The position numbers and the translations under genes were made by a program. The notes under the pieces were generated by a model. That model did not search any database. It had not been told where the DNA came from and was given only the letters and a program-made list of their open reading frames with translations. From the sequence record NC_025447.1: a DNA stretch of 64,000 bases; one strand, written 5' to 3'. Shown here piece by piece: positions 23,659 through 41,590 of the stretch (positions are counted from its first letter, which is position 1; every line of letters begins with the position of its first letter).

Positions 23659-25977
23659 ATGATTAACGTAACCAAGCGTAATGGAATGAAAGAGCCGTTA
23701 TCATTGGATAAGATCCATCAAATTTTATTTTTCGCTGCTGAAGGGTTAAGTGGTATTTCCGTTTCTGAAATTGAAATCCGTGCACAGCTTCAGTTTTATG
23801 AAGGTATAGAAACCAGTACTATTCATGATATTCTAATAAAAGCAGCAGCAGAACTTATTTCTGAAGATACGCCGAACTATCAATACGTTGCTGGAAGATT
23901 ATTAAACTATAGTATTCGTAAGCAAGTATATGGACAGTATGACCCAATTAAGTATACTGCTCATCTTCAAGAAATGGTAGATACTAAAATATATGATCCT
24001 GAAATTTTGGAGAAATATACTCTTCAAGAAATAGAAGAGCTTGGGCGTTATATCAAACATAAGCGTGACGACAAATTTACTTATGTTGCTATGCGTCAGT
24101 GGGAAGGAAAGTATCTTTATAAAAACCGAGTCACTAAGAAAATTTATGAAACCCCACAAATGGCATATATGACTATTGCAGCAATCATCTTTATGGAGTA
24201 TGATCGTTCTGTACGTATGTCATATGTTAAAAAGTTTTATGACGCAGTAAGTAATTTTGACATCAGTCTTCCAACACCTATTATGGCAGGTCTACGTACT
24301 AACACACGTCAGTTTAGTTCTTGTGTAGTACTGAACGTTGGTGATAGTTTAGATAGTATTGGTTCATCAAATCACGCCATTCTACGCTATATCTCACGTA
24401 AAGCTGGACTAGGTATTAATATGGGCCGTATTCGTGCTCTAGACTCTGAGATTCGTTCAGGTGATGCAGTACATACTGGGTTGATTCCTTTTATCGCAGC
24501 AACTGCTAAGACCGTTAAAAGCTGCTCACAGGGTGGTGTGCGTGGTGGTGCAGCAACTGTTCACTTCCCATTGTGGCATTTGGAGTTTGATAACCTAGTA
24601 GTACTTAAAAATAACAAAGGTACAGAGTTTAACCGTGTACGTCAACTAGACTATTGTTTCCAAGTAAACAAAACTTTATATCAACGTTTGGTTGATGGAA
24701 AGAACATTACATTCTTTAGTCCTAATGAAGTTCCTGGGCTATATGAAGCATTCTGTTCTGACCAAAAAGAATTTGAAAAACTATATAAAAAATACGAAGC
24801 TGACCAAAGCATCCGTAAAAAATCCGTACCTGCTGTTGAAGTATTCAGCACTCTAATGACTGAACGTGCAGAAACTGGTCGTATCTATATTCAAAATATT
24901 GACCATGCAAACACTCACTCAACATTTATTGAATCAATTGCTCCTATCGAACAATCCAACTTGTGTCAAGAAATCGCACTACCATCTGTGCCATTTGATG
25001 ATATTAATACTGGTGAAGGTTTGATTAGCCTATGTACGTTGAGTGCAATTAACTGGGGTAACTTTGATAAACCAGAAGATATGGAAACTGCATGTGATCT
25101 TTCTGTTCGTGCTCTTGATTCACTATTGGACTATCAAGACTACCCAGTAGTTCATGCGGACCGAGCAACAAAAATGTATCGTCCACTAGGTGTTGGTATT
25201 ATTAACTTTGCATACTTCCTTGCTAAACGTGGTTTACGTTATAATGAAGCAGCACTGGAAACAGTTAACGAGTGGGCTGAAGCATGGTCGTACTATCTAA
25301 TTAAATCTTCTGTACAGCTTGCTAAAGAGAAAGGTAAGTGTGAAGGATTTGATAATCTAAAATATGCCAAAGGTATTCTTCCAATTGATACTTATAAATC
25401 TGACATTGATGAATTAGTAACTAAAGAACTAAAACAAGATTGGGAATCCTTACGTGAAGATATCAAAGAATATGGTATTCGTAACGCAACAACAATGGCA
25501 TTAATGCCAGCAGAAACAAGTGCACAAATCAGTAACAGTACTAATGGTATTGAAAAGCCACGTTCTCTTGTAACTAAGAAACTATCTAAGGATGGTATTC
25601 TTAAACAAGTAGTTCCAGAAATCAATAAGTTGAAAAACAAATATGATTTACTATGGGATCAGAAAGATAACATTGGTTATCTACAAATCTGTGGTGTTCT
25701 ACAAAAATACATTGACCAAAGTATCAGTGTTAATACTAGCTATAACCCAATACACTTCCCTGATGGTAAGTTGCCAATGTCAACTCTTCTAACTGAACTT
25801 ATGTATGCATATAAGGTTGGTTTGAAAAATCTTTATTATCATAATACCAATGATGGTTCTGATGAAGTTGACGTTGAAAAAGTACTGAAAGAAGCTGCCA
25901 AACCAGAATCTGGACAATTTGTATTACCATCACTTCCTGATTTAGATGAAGGTGATTGTGATAGTTGTAAAATCTAA
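23659..25977 (+). CDS. nrdA: ribonucleotide reductase class Ia alpha subunit
   Basis: ATP cone (VTKRNG), FSSCV, SNLCQEI, ALMPAETSA, LYYHNT, C-terminal CDSCKI. Confidence 0.97.
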   Translation: MINVTKRNGMKEPLSLDKIHQILFFAAEGLSGISVSEIEIRAQLQFYEGIETSTIHDILIKAAAELISEDTPNYQYVAGRLLNYSIRKQVYGQYDPIKYTAHLQEMVDTKIYDPEILEKYTLQEIEELGRYIKHKRDDKFTYVAMRQWEGKYLYKNRVTKKIYETPQMAYMTIAAIIFMEYDRSVRMSYVKKFYDAVSNFDISLPTPIMAGLRTNTRQFSSCVVLNVGDSLDSIGSSNHAILRYISRKAGLGINMGRIRALDSEIRSGDAVHTGLIPFIAATAKTVKSCSQGGVRGGAATVHFPLWHLEFDNLVVLKNNKGTEFNRVRQLDYCFQVNKTLYQRLVDGKNITFFSPNEVPGLYEAFCSDQKEFEKLYKKYEADQSIRKKSVPAVEVFSTLMTERAETGRIYIQNIDHANTHSTFIESIAPIEQSNLCQEIALPSVPFDDINTGEGLISLCTLSAINWGNFDKPEDMETACDLSVRALDSLLDYQDYPVVHADRATKMYRPLGVGIINFAYFLAKRGLRYNEAALETVNEWAEAWSYYLIKSSVQLAKEKGKCEGFDNLKYAKGILPIDTYKSDIDELVTKELKQDWESLREDIKEYGIRNATTMALMPAETSAQISNSTNGIEKPRSLVTKKLSKDGILKQVVPEINKLKNKYDLLWDQKDNIGYLQICGVLQKYIDQSISVNTSYNPIHFPDGKLPMSTLLTELMYAYKVGLKNLYYHNTNDGSDEVDVEKVLKEAAKPESGQFVLPSLPDLDEGDCDSCKI

Positions 25978-25983
25978 TTTAAG

Positions 25984-26009
25984 ATCCCGCTTCGGCGGGA
26001 TTATTATTT
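25984..26009 (+). terminator. rho-independent terminator with UUCG loop
   Basis: ATCCCGC-TTCG-GCGGGAT. Confidence 0.7.
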
Positions 26010-26031
26010 CAAAATATATAAAGGAATATAT

Positions 26032-27156
26032 ATGTCAGTTTTCAAAATTAACGAGAAGTCTCACCTAGAAAAAAATATGTTTTTTGATGAAAGTGTTGAT
26101 ATCCAACGCTTTGAAAGTAACAAATACTCTACACTTGAAAAACTAACAGAGCAACAGAAAAGTTTCTTCTGGACTCCTGGTGAAGTTGACGTATCTAAAG
26201 ATAAAATTGATTTTGCCAACCTTAATGATTCCGAGAAGCACATTTTTACCTCTAACTTGAAACGTCAAATTCTTCTTGATTCCGTACAAGGTCGTGGTCC
26301 TAACTTAATGCTACTTCCCTATGCATCTCTCCCAGAACTAGAGAACTTCATTGAGACATGGGCATTCTTCGAAGGTGCGATTCATAGTAAATCATACACT
26401 CATATTATTCGTAACATTTATCCTAATCCTTCTGAAGTATTTGATACTATGTTGGACATTCCAGAAATCACTGATTGTGCTGCTGATGTTTCCAAATACT
26501 ATGATGATCTTGATGTACTAGGTACTCTATACCGTGCATTAGGTGTTGGTACACATACAATCAATGGTGAAACAGTCGAAATTAGTTTATACGAACTAAA
26601 GAAAAAACTTTGGTTGTGCCTGAATAGTATTAACATTCTTGAAGGTGTTCGTTTTTATGCAAGCTTTGCGTGTTCTTGGGCGTTTGCTGAAAACAATCTA
26701 ATGGAAGGTAATGCTAAGATTATCCGTCTAATCTGTCGTGATGAAAACCTACACCTAGCAGCAACCCAAATGATTCTACGTCTTCTCAAAAAAGAAGATC
26801 CAGATATGGTAAAAATAGCAGAAGAGTGTTATGATGAAGTACTGGAAATGTTTATGTCTGCTATCCGTCAAGAAGAAGCTTGGGCAGACTTCCTCTTTAA
26901 AGATGGTTCAATCATTGGACTGAATGCAGAAATTCTAAAACAATATGTTCGTTGGATTGGTTCTAAGCGTATGACTGCACTAGGAATTAAATGTCCATAT
27001 ACCGTATCTAAGAGTAACCCCCTACCTTGGACTGAGCATTGGGTTAGTGGTGGTTCAGTACAAGTTGCACCACAAGAAACTGAAATAAGTTCTTACATCA
27101 TTGGTGGTATTGTGAATGATATCCAAGTAGATACATTCTCACCATTCAAACTATAA
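26032..27156 (+). CDS. nrdB: ribonucleotide reductase class Ia beta subunit
   Basis: FFWTPGEV, ILLDSVQGR, IHSKSY, LEGVRFY, RDENLH, VAPQETEISSY. Confidence 0.97.
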   Translation: MSVFKINEKSHLEKNMFFDESVDIQRFESNKYSTLEKLTEQQKSFFWTPGEVDVSKDKIDFANLNDSEKHIFTSNLKRQILLDSVQGRGPNLMLLPYASLPELENFIETWAFFEGAIHSKSYTHIIRNIYPNPSEVFDTMLDIPEITDCAADVSKYYDDLDVLGTLYRALGVGTHTINGETVEISLYELKKKLWLCLNSINILEGVRFYASFACSWAFAENNLMEGNAKIIRLICRDENLHLAATQMILRLLKKEDPDMVKIAEECYDEVLEMFMSAIRQEEAWADFLFKDGSIIGLNAEILKQYVRWIGSKRMTALGIKCPYTVSKSNPLPWTEHWVSGGSVQVAPQETEISSYIIGGIVNDIQVDTFSPFKL

Positions 27157-27168
27157 ATTCAAACTATC

Positions 27169-27192
27169 AGGGATTCTATGAATCCCTTTTCT
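27169..27192 (+). terminator. rho-independent terminator
   Basis: AGGGATTC-loop-GAATCCCT plus T tract. Confidence 0.65.
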
Positions 27193-27206
27193 TATGGGTA
27201 TAATGT

Positions 27207-30247
<3,041 letters not shown>

Positions 30248-30282
30248 TGTTAATCTCCAATCTTATTGTTATTTTTATAAAG

Positions 30283-30288
30283 TATTTA
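30283..30288 (-). promoter_or_regulatory. putative late promoter TAAATA for the holin-like operon
   Basis: TATTTA on + at 30283-30288, about 40 nt upstream of ATG 30242. Confidence 0.5.
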
Positions 30289-30332
30289 CCCAATTTTACG
30301 TTTTACATAGTTTATATGGAGAAAGAAGTAAT

Positions 30333-31635
<1,303 letters not shown>

Positions 31636-31662
31636 CTTGAAATGTAAAAATCAGTCGAGGGA

Positions 31663-33006
31663 ATGATGAGTAAAATTAAGCTTACGGATAAGCAACAAGA
31701 AATCTTTGATGATTTTATAGATCGTGTTTACAACTATGCAGGTAAGACAATTTCGGTTTTATCTGCTCCAGCAGGAACTGGAAAAACATTCACTACTGCT
31801 GAGATTGTAAAAGCACTATGTAAAAACTATAATATTGCAGTAACTTCACCTACACATAAAGCCAATGCTGTTATTCGTAATATGCTAATCAATAATGCTG
31901 GTCTTACTAAGGAAGATGCACAAGTTAGTACAATACACTCTTTTTTAGGACTAAAATTAGTATATGAAAAGAATCGTCAAGTACTGAAGCATGATCCACA
32001 AAGTAAAGTTAGTAATACTAACGTTGACATTCTTATTGTTGATGAGTGTAGTATGATTTCAGATGAACTATTCCAGCACATACAAGACCAATTGTGGCGT
32101 GTCCGTCGAGCAGTTTTATTCATTGGTGATCGTTGTCAATTGCCTCCAGTTGAGTCTGAAGGAACAATGGGCGAGACTAAATTGTCTCCTACGTTTGATG
32201 TACCTGTTCAATATGAGTTAACTGAGGTTTTACGACAAGCATTAGATAATCCGATTCTGGCAGTTGCAACTGCTATTCGTGAGTGTATTGGAACTAGTAA
32301 AAATCCATTTGATATTATGCACCAAACATATGGTTTAAGCACTATTACACCTATTGATGATGAAGATTTGTTTTTGAATGTTTATCGTGAATTCATTATG
32401 GAAAACAAGGGGTCATCTAAAAAAATATTTGATTTCGTAAATGAAAATAAAATCTTAGCATATACTAACTATAGAGTTAATTTGGCTAATATCTACATTA
32501 GAAGTCAACTATTTGAAGTACCAGATGAATTTACTAAAGGTGAGCCAATTGTTTTTGAAAGCATAACTGAGAATAGTCCATATGTAGTACAACAAATTAT
32601 ACAATGTCCTGAAGTAAAACGTGAAAGTTTCATGGGAATAGATTGTTGGCAATTCCGTTTACCTAATGGTAGTTATATTTTAGGTGTAGGGCCAGAAACA
32701 AGAATTGCAATGGACGAAAAACTTGATAAACTTGTTAAGGATATTGAGAAAAAAGAAATAAATCCATTGACAAAGAAACCATATATGTGGCAGGATTACT
32801 ATGTAATTAAGAACAAATTACATATCATCAATTATCCTTATGCAACCACTGTTCATAAATCACAAGGAAGTACTTTTGATAACATTTGGTTTGATACTGA
32901 TTTTATTGAACGTATTGGTACAAATGATACTAAGTGTAGAATTTTATACACTGCCATGACACGCCCACGCTATAGTGTTATGTTGAGGCAAAATGCACGA
33001 TTCTAA
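31663..33006 (+). CDS. dda: Dda / RecD-like SF1B helicase
   Basis: APAGTGKT, TSPTHKA, IVDECSM, GDRCQLPPV, TVHKSQGSTF, YTAMTR. Confidence 0.9.
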   Translation: MMSKIKLTDKQQEIFDDFIDRVYNYAGKTISVLSAPAGTGKTFTTAEIVKALCKNYNIAVTSPTHKANAVIRNMLINNAGLTKEDAQVSTIHSFLGLKLVYEKNRQVLKHDPQSKVSNTNVDILIVDECSMISDELFQHIQDQLWRVRRAVLFIGDRCQLPPVESEGTMGETKLSPTFDVPVQYELTEVLRQALDNPILAVATAIRECIGTSKNPFDIMHQTYGLSTITPIDDEDLFLNVYREFIMENKGSSKKIFDFVNENKILAYTNYRVNLANIYIRSQLFEVPDEFTKGEPIVFESITENSPYVVQQIIQCPEVKRESFMGIDCWQFRLPNGSYILGVGPETRIAMDEKLDKLVKDIEKKEINPLTKKPYMWQDYYVIKNKLHIINYPYATTVHKSQGSTFDNIWFDTDFIERIGTNDTKCRILYTAMTRPRYSVMLRQNARF

Positions 33007-33089
33007 AAGACTAAATGTTATACGTAAATATTTTTGATTTTTAATAATAAATAATCAAAAGTGTTTTGTATTATGGAGAAGAATATACA

Positions 33090-33656
33090 ATGAACAATTT
33101 ACTACAAGTATTTAAAATTGAAGTTGCAGGGACGAACCTAGATAATATCCCATATTATATGTATGGTGATTATGATTCATCTTCCCCAACAACCGCACCG
33201 ACTGACCAGCAAACTATTGATAAGTCAATTGCACTTTTGCGTTACCTACAACTTTCTCGTTTGCTTTCAACTTATTCAGTACCAGTTTATAGCAATGTTG
33301 AATTTGCTACACCTGGAACTGCAAAAACTATCCCAACTGGTGCAACAATTACAGTTGGTTATATTAGTTATCAACCGTTTATTAACACACTAAGTGTTGC
33401 TGACCAAGCTGCACTAACTACTGAAGATATGAAAACTGCAAAAGCTGCTGAAATAATTCAAAAACTAATCAATGATTCATTGAAAGGTGACGGTACTAAT
33501 GCTATCGTAAATGAAGAAATAACTGTACAAAAAACCATTCAGAGAATCAAGAACGCACTTACTACAAGTACTGTTGATTTTATTGAATATGAGAACGTGT
33601 ATCTTAATGTTCCTTCAGTTACTGATGCATCAGTAGTATCTTACGTTAAATTATAA
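33090..33656 (+). CDS. putative late or structural protein
   Basis: TAAATA at 33025 and 33048; ATG 33090 after GGAG. Confidence 0.6.
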   Translation: MNNLLQVFKIEVAGTNLDNIPYYMYGDYDSSSPTTAPTDQQTIDKSIALLRYLQLSRLLSTYSVPVYSNVEFATPGTAKTIPTGATITVGYISYQPFINTLSVADQAALTTEDMKTAKAAEIIQKLINDSLKGDGTNAIVNEEITVQKTIQRIKNALTTSTVDFIEYENVYLNVPSVTDASVVSYVKL

Positions 33657-33679
33657 TTTTATAACATGGAGTTCTTGAC

Positions 33680-33874
33680 ATGACTGACAAAACATTTTAT
33701 GATCGTATTATTGAAGACAAGGGAGTTTTTGATAAGGTAGTTTATGACCTAGAACTTATGATCAAAGACGCACCAAACCCACGTGTGCGAACCCAAGCAG
33801 AATTTGCAAAAACTTATCTTGTTCAAGTTCAAGCAATCTGTGAAGCAATTAAAAAACACAATGATAGTGCTTGA
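33680..33874 (+). CDS. hypothetical protein
   Basis: 64 aa, SD GGAG. Confidence 0.7.
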   Translation: MTDKTFYDRIIEDKGVFDKVVYDLELMIKDAPNPRVRTQAEFAKTYLVQVQAICEAIKKHNDSA

Positions 33875-33899
33875 CAGAACTAATGTTCTATCCTATAAT
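33871..33899 (+). promoter_or_regulatory. sigma70-type early promoter
   Basis: TTGACA-N17-TATAAT, perfect consensus, upstream of infC. Confidence 0.8.
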
Positions 33900-33943
33900 T
33901 ACTATCGAACAAAACATTAAAATCATATTGGAGCTTTTATTAC

Positions 33944-35006
<1,063 letters not shown>

Positions 35007-35017
35007 AATATAGACTT

Positions 35018-37183
<2,166 letters not shown>

Positions 37184-37184
<1 letters not shown>

Positions 37185-37975
37185 TGCCAAGTAAAAGTAA
37201 AAGTCAAGCCAAATTCTTTGCCGCAGCAGCACATAATCCAGAATTTGCAAAAAAAGCTGGAATTTCCCAAAGTGCAGCGAAAGAGTGGAATGCCGCTGAT
37301 GAAAAGGAAGGTAATCTTAAAAAAAGTTCTAAACTTCCTAATAAAGTAAAAGAAGCAAGTATGCGTAGTTTAGTTGATATTGTTCAAGATGCAGAATTAG
37401 CTGATACTGAAGACCGAACTTGTGATATAATGGATTCTTGTGAAGACGATAAAGATAAATTGAATGAAATGCCACAACGTTTCGATAGTTTTCAAGGTCA
37501 AAATAGAGATGAGTTTGTTGATAAAACTGCTGAAATGACTGGTAAACACAATATGGTTAAGTTCGCTGAACACAAAGATTATGATGTGTATATGAATAAA
37601 AATGGTACTGGTTTTATTGCTTACGATAAGGCTGGTAAACAGCTTGCTATCGTCAGTGGGCATTTATCTAATGATGCAGTACTTGGAGTTCAAAACGTCT
37701 TCGAGATTGCTGCTACTGCCTCTAAAACAGGCACTAAAGGTATAATTTATAATATCTTTATGGATATGGTATCACATGGTATTAAAGTGCTTAGTGATAG
37801 TCTTCATACTGATGATGCAATTAAATTCTGGACCCGTTTAATTGGTTCACACCAAGTTTATATTGTTGGTGGTGGTGAAGTTCTTGCTAAGGCGAGTCCA
37901 GATAAAGTTCATAAGTACTGGAGTGATGATGAATCAAGTCCGAGTGCTGAACTTCAACTTATGTTAGTAAAATAA
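37184..37975 (+). CDS. putative virion protein with a GNAT-like C-terminal domain
   Basis: MPSKSKSQAKFFAAAAHNP N-terminus; LNEM; KGIIYNIF...VLSDSLHTDDAIKFWTRL. Confidence 0.5.
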
Positions 37976-37980
37976 TAATA

Positions 37981-38012
37981 TATCGGGACAAATCGTTCCG
38001 ATATTTTTTTTT
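37981..38012 (+). terminator. rho-independent terminator
   Basis: ATCGGGAC-loop-GTTCCGAT plus long T tract. Confidence 0.7.
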
Positions 38013-38040
38013 GAGACAAACAAAACATTGGTGATACAAT
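38013..38040 (+). promoter_or_regulatory. middle-type promoter GAGACA-N16-TACAAT
   Basis: GAGACA 38013-38018, TGA, TACAAT 38035-38040; upstream of topoisomerase. Confidence 0.6.
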
Positions 38041-38074
38041 GTTTTATGACAAAGAGACATGATAAGGAATTCAA

Positions 38075-40039
38075 ATGGCTAAGAAAGAAAGTGCTGTTCT
38101 ACAGGAACATGATGTTCAACGACTTAATGATTATCAACATGCTCGTTTGCGTACAGAGATGTACCTTGGTTCTCGTTCAGTACATGAAAGTCAAGTACTG
38201 ATTTTTGGCGAATCAGGATATGAGGTTAAGAACGTAGAATGGGTTCCTGCAATTCTTACTGCTACACGTGAAATTATTGATAACAGCTTAGATGAATTTA
38301 AAAAAGCTGGAACTAAAGAACCTGTATTGAAAGTTGATTTCAATGAAGAAGAACTATCATTTGAGATTAGTGATAATGGTCGTGGTATTCCAATTGATTA
38401 TGTACCAGAGTATCAAAAAAACCTATGTACTATGGTAATGACCGAAACAAAAACTGGTCGAAACTTTGATGATTCAAAACGTGATGAAACTATTGGTCAG
38501 AATGGATTGGGTGGTTCAGTTGCGATGATTGTTAGTTCTAAGGCAGAATTGGAAATTCATCGCCAAGGTCGTCCATATAAAACACAAAGCAGTAATGATG
38601 GTTATGATGGGTTTTATAAGTTCAATCAGAAGTTTGAGGAAGGAACTATTATGTTCCCTGAACTTCATGTACATGAGCCTACCATTCGAAAGGTACAAAC
38701 AGATAAGACTGGAACAACAATTCGTTTTACATTGAGTAAAGAAGTTTTTCCAAATAGAAAATTACCTACTGAATTACTTTACAGTATTCTTAAAGAAATG
38801 GCAGCCGCCAACCTAACTTATAAAATATTTTTGAATGGTAAACGTATTGTTATTAAAGGTAACACCGAGAAAGCATTGTTCAATGCATCTAAATTGATGC
38901 AGTTGAATGTTAAAGATGATTCTTTCAATTTTAACAGTACTTTTTATATTGTTCCAAATGCAGTATCTGGAATGAATACAAACTTCCATATGCATGGATT
39001 GGTTAATAATGCTCCTGCATTTGATGGTGGTACACATCTTGACACCTTCAAGAAATTCTTTTCATTGGGTGTAGGAACTGCATTGGAGAAAGAATCGAAG
39101 AAACGTAGGATGAAACCTAATCGTTCTGATATTGAAGAAGGTTTGTTGATTTACAATGTCACAACTATGAAAGCACCTTCATTCAACTCACAGATTAAAT
39201 CTAAACTAACTAATGAAAACGTAATTCGACCAATTCAACAAGCAATGAATACAGAATGGTTTGATGAATTAGTTAAGAAAAACAAAGAATGGGTTGATGA
39301 AATATTTGAACGTTGTGCTGCACGTACCAATAAGAAAGATGCAGAAGAAGACCGTCGCCTCGCTAAGAAACTACTGAAAGGTAAAGTTGCAAAGCTACTT
39401 GATAGTACTGGTACAGACCGTTCACAGTGTATTTTATTGATTGCAGAAGGTGACTCTGCAATTTCCAACATGGCTAGTGCTCGTATACCAAGTATTCATG
39501 GTATTCTACCATTGCGTGGGAAAATTATGAACGTCAGTGGTACTGAGAAAACCAAAGAATTAATGGATTCAATGGCGTTGCATGATATAATGGCTAGTAT
39601 CAACTTAGTTCCAGGTGTTAAAGCAGAACGTTCTGAACTAAACTATGGTAAGCTTTACATCTGTGCTGATGAAGATGAAGATGGGAAGAACATTGGTGCT
39701 CTAGTGTGTAACTTCTTATTTAAATTCTGGCCTGAATTGTTTCAAGACCCAGAAAATCCATTTGTGTATGTATTCAAAACACCATTTATCATTCTTGAGA
39801 AAGGTAAAGAATCAAAATACTACTATGGTCATAATGTGCATGAATATAACCCAGATGATTGGAAAGGCTGGAAAGCAACCCGTGCTAAAGGATTGGGTAC
39901 GTTAGAAAAAGCAAACTTCCGTGATGCATTCACTAACAGTGTTGCAGTAGCGATCACCGATGATGGACGTCTTGGTGAAACTCTTGATTTGATTTTCAAC
40001 AAGAAACGTGCAGATGATCGTAAGAACTGGATGGAATAA
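38075..40039 (+). CDS. type II topoisomerase ATPase/TOPRIM subunit (T4 gp39+60, GyrB-like)
   Basis: EIIDNS, DNGRGIP, GQNGLG, AEGDSA, PLRGKIMN, ADEDEDG, KGLGTL. Confidence 0.95.
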   Translation: MAKKESAVLQEHDVQRLNDYQHARLRTEMYLGSRSVHESQVLIFGESGYEVKNVEWVPAILTATREIIDNSLDEFKKAGTKEPVLKVDFNEEELSFEISDNGRGIPIDYVPEYQKNLCTMVMTETKTGRNFDDSKRDETIGQNGLGGSVAMIVSSKAELEIHRQGRPYKTQSSNDGYDGFYKFNQKFEEGTIMFPELHVHEPTIRKVQTDKTGTTIRFTLSKEVFPNRKLPTELLYSILKEMAAANLTYKIFLNGKRIVIKGNTEKALFNASKLMQLNVKDDSFNFNSTFYIVPNAVSGMNTNFHMHGLVNNAPAFDGGTHLDTFKKFFSLGVGTALEKESKKRRMKPNRSDIEEGLLIYNVTTMKAPSFNSQIKSKLTNENVIRPIQQAMNTEWFDELVKKNKEWVDEIFERCAARTNKKDAEEDRRLAKKLLKGKVAKLLDSTGTDRSQCILLIAEGDSAISNMASARIPSIHGILPLRGKIMNVSGTEKTKELMDSMALHDIMASINLVPGVKAERSELNYGKLYICADEDEDGKNIGALVCNFLFKFWPELFQDPENPFVYVFKTPFIILEKGKESKYYYGHNVHEYNPDDWKGWKATRAKGLGTLEKANFRDAFTNSVAVAITDDGRLGETLDLIFNKKRADDRKNWME

Positions 40040-40089
40040 TATAGACTAATGGGGAACATGGTGTTCCCCTTTTACCAAGAGACAATGGA

Positions 40090-41502
40090 ATGGCTAAAAG
40101 TAAAAAAACAGAAAATCATAATATCGATAACCAAACACTAACTCTACTAGATTATAACAGTTCTGATTATGTGAATACAACATCACTAGAATATTCGATG
40201 TATACACTAGACCGTGCTATTCCTGGAATTGATGGTCTAAAGAGTTCACAACGTAAAGCAATCTTCACATTATCTAAAATTAGTGGGGAAATTAAAACAG
40301 TATCATGTGCTGGAAAAATGATTAGTGATGGAATCTATCTTCATGGGGACACGTCAGCATCTGGAACACTTCAGAATCTAGCATCTCCAGTAGCCAACAA
40401 CTATCCTCTTATTGGAAAACGTGGTGGTTTTGGTACACAAGTAAACAGCACCCCAGCATCTGCTCGTTACACTTATGTTAAAAAGAATAAGAGTACTGAA
40501 ATGCTCGTTTTACGTGATGCTGACATTATCCCAATGAAAGAGAACTATGACGGGACCACATTTGAACCTGTTCACTTTTTACCTATTATCCCACTGTCAT
40601 TATTTGGTAATGATAGTATGTCAGTAGGGTATAAGAGTACAATTCTACCACATAAAATTGAAGATATTATTGATAATTGTATTCGTGCTATTGATAAAAA
40701 ACCACTAAAAGAAATGACACCATATTATGTATCATGTGGGGCAAGTGATGTAGTAACAAAACTAGATGAAAATAAGTATGAGTTTTATGGTAAAGCTGAA
40801 GTAATCGATGCAAGTACGGTTAAGGTGACAGGTTTACCACCTAATTATAGTATTGAGAAATTCATCGAAAAACTCATTAAAATGAGTGATGATGGTGAGA
40901 TTCGTGACTATGACAATGACAGTACTGATGTAATTGATATCACCATTAAACTTCCTCGTGGTACATCAGCTAAATGGTCAGAAATGGATGTTATTGAGTA
41001 TTTTGGTATTAACAAAAAAATGACTCAACATTTAACGGTTCTTGGAGAAAATGGTAAAGTAAAAGTTTACGATACAACAATGGATTTGATTAAAGACTTC
41101 GTTGATTTTCGTTTCAAGTATTACATCAAGCGTTATGAAAAGAAACTTGATGATTGTGCGGCTGAGGTTCGATACAAAATTCTAATCAAGGAATGCTTTG
41201 ATAATGATATGATTGCTAAGGTGAAAGGGTTTGCAAACCGTGCAGAAATGGTGGAATTTGTTAAATCATTAAATGCAGAAATTGAAGCAACTGACGAGAA
41301 TATTCAAAGCATTGTAAACTTCCCATCATATCGCTGGACACAAGATAATTATCAATCAGTACTACAAGATATTCAATATAATCTTGATTTGATGGATAAG
41401 TATAATGAACTATTATCTAATCATGACCTAATTTGGGACATTTATAAATCTGAACTTAAAGAACTAAGAAAGATTGATTTTACTCCTAAATCAGACAATT
41501 GA
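40090..41502 (+). CDS. type II topoisomerase breakage-reunion subunit (T4 gp52, GyrA/ParC-like)
   Basis: DGLKSSQRK, YLHGDTS, catalytic ASARYT. Confidence 0.93.
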   Translation: MAKSKKTENHNIDNQTLTLLDYNSSDYVNTTSLEYSMYTLDRAIPGIDGLKSSQRKAIFTLSKISGEIKTVSCAGKMISDGIYLHGDTSASGTLQNLASPVANNYPLIGKRGGFGTQVNSTPASARYTYVKKNKSTEMLVLRDADIIPMKENYDGTTFEPVHFLPIIPLSLFGNDSMSVGYKSTILPHKIEDIIDNCIRAIDKKPLKEMTPYYVSCGASDVVTKLDENKYEFYGKAEVIDASTVKVTGLPPNYSIEKFIEKLIKMSDDGEIRDYDNDSTDVIDITIKLPRGTSAKWSEMDVIEYFGINKKMTQHLTVLGENGKVKVYDTTMDLIKDFVDFRFKYYIKRYEKKLDDCAAEVRYKILIKECFDNDMIAKVKGFANRAEMVEFVKSLNAEIEATDENIQSIVNFPSYRWTQDNYQSVLQDIQYNLDLMDKYNELLSNHDLIWDIYKSELKELRKIDFTPKSDN

Positions 41503-41544
41503 TATATTTTATGGAAGACCTTACTGGGTCTTCCTTGTCCTTTA

Positions 41545-41552
41545 TATAAATA
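41545..41552 (+). promoter_or_regulatory. T4 late promoter consensus TATAAATA
   Basis: Exact T4 late consensus after the hairpin GGAAGACC/GGTCTTCC, upstream of a large structural gene. Confidence 0.65.
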
Positions 41553-41590
41553 ATCTATAGATAATGGCAGCTTGGCTATGGAGAATTATA

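Noticed and set aside
23659-27156. Introns, inteins or homing endonucleases in nrdA/nrdB (also checked terL, helicase, uvsX)
   Set aside because: ORFs are continuous and of normal length with contiguous motifs
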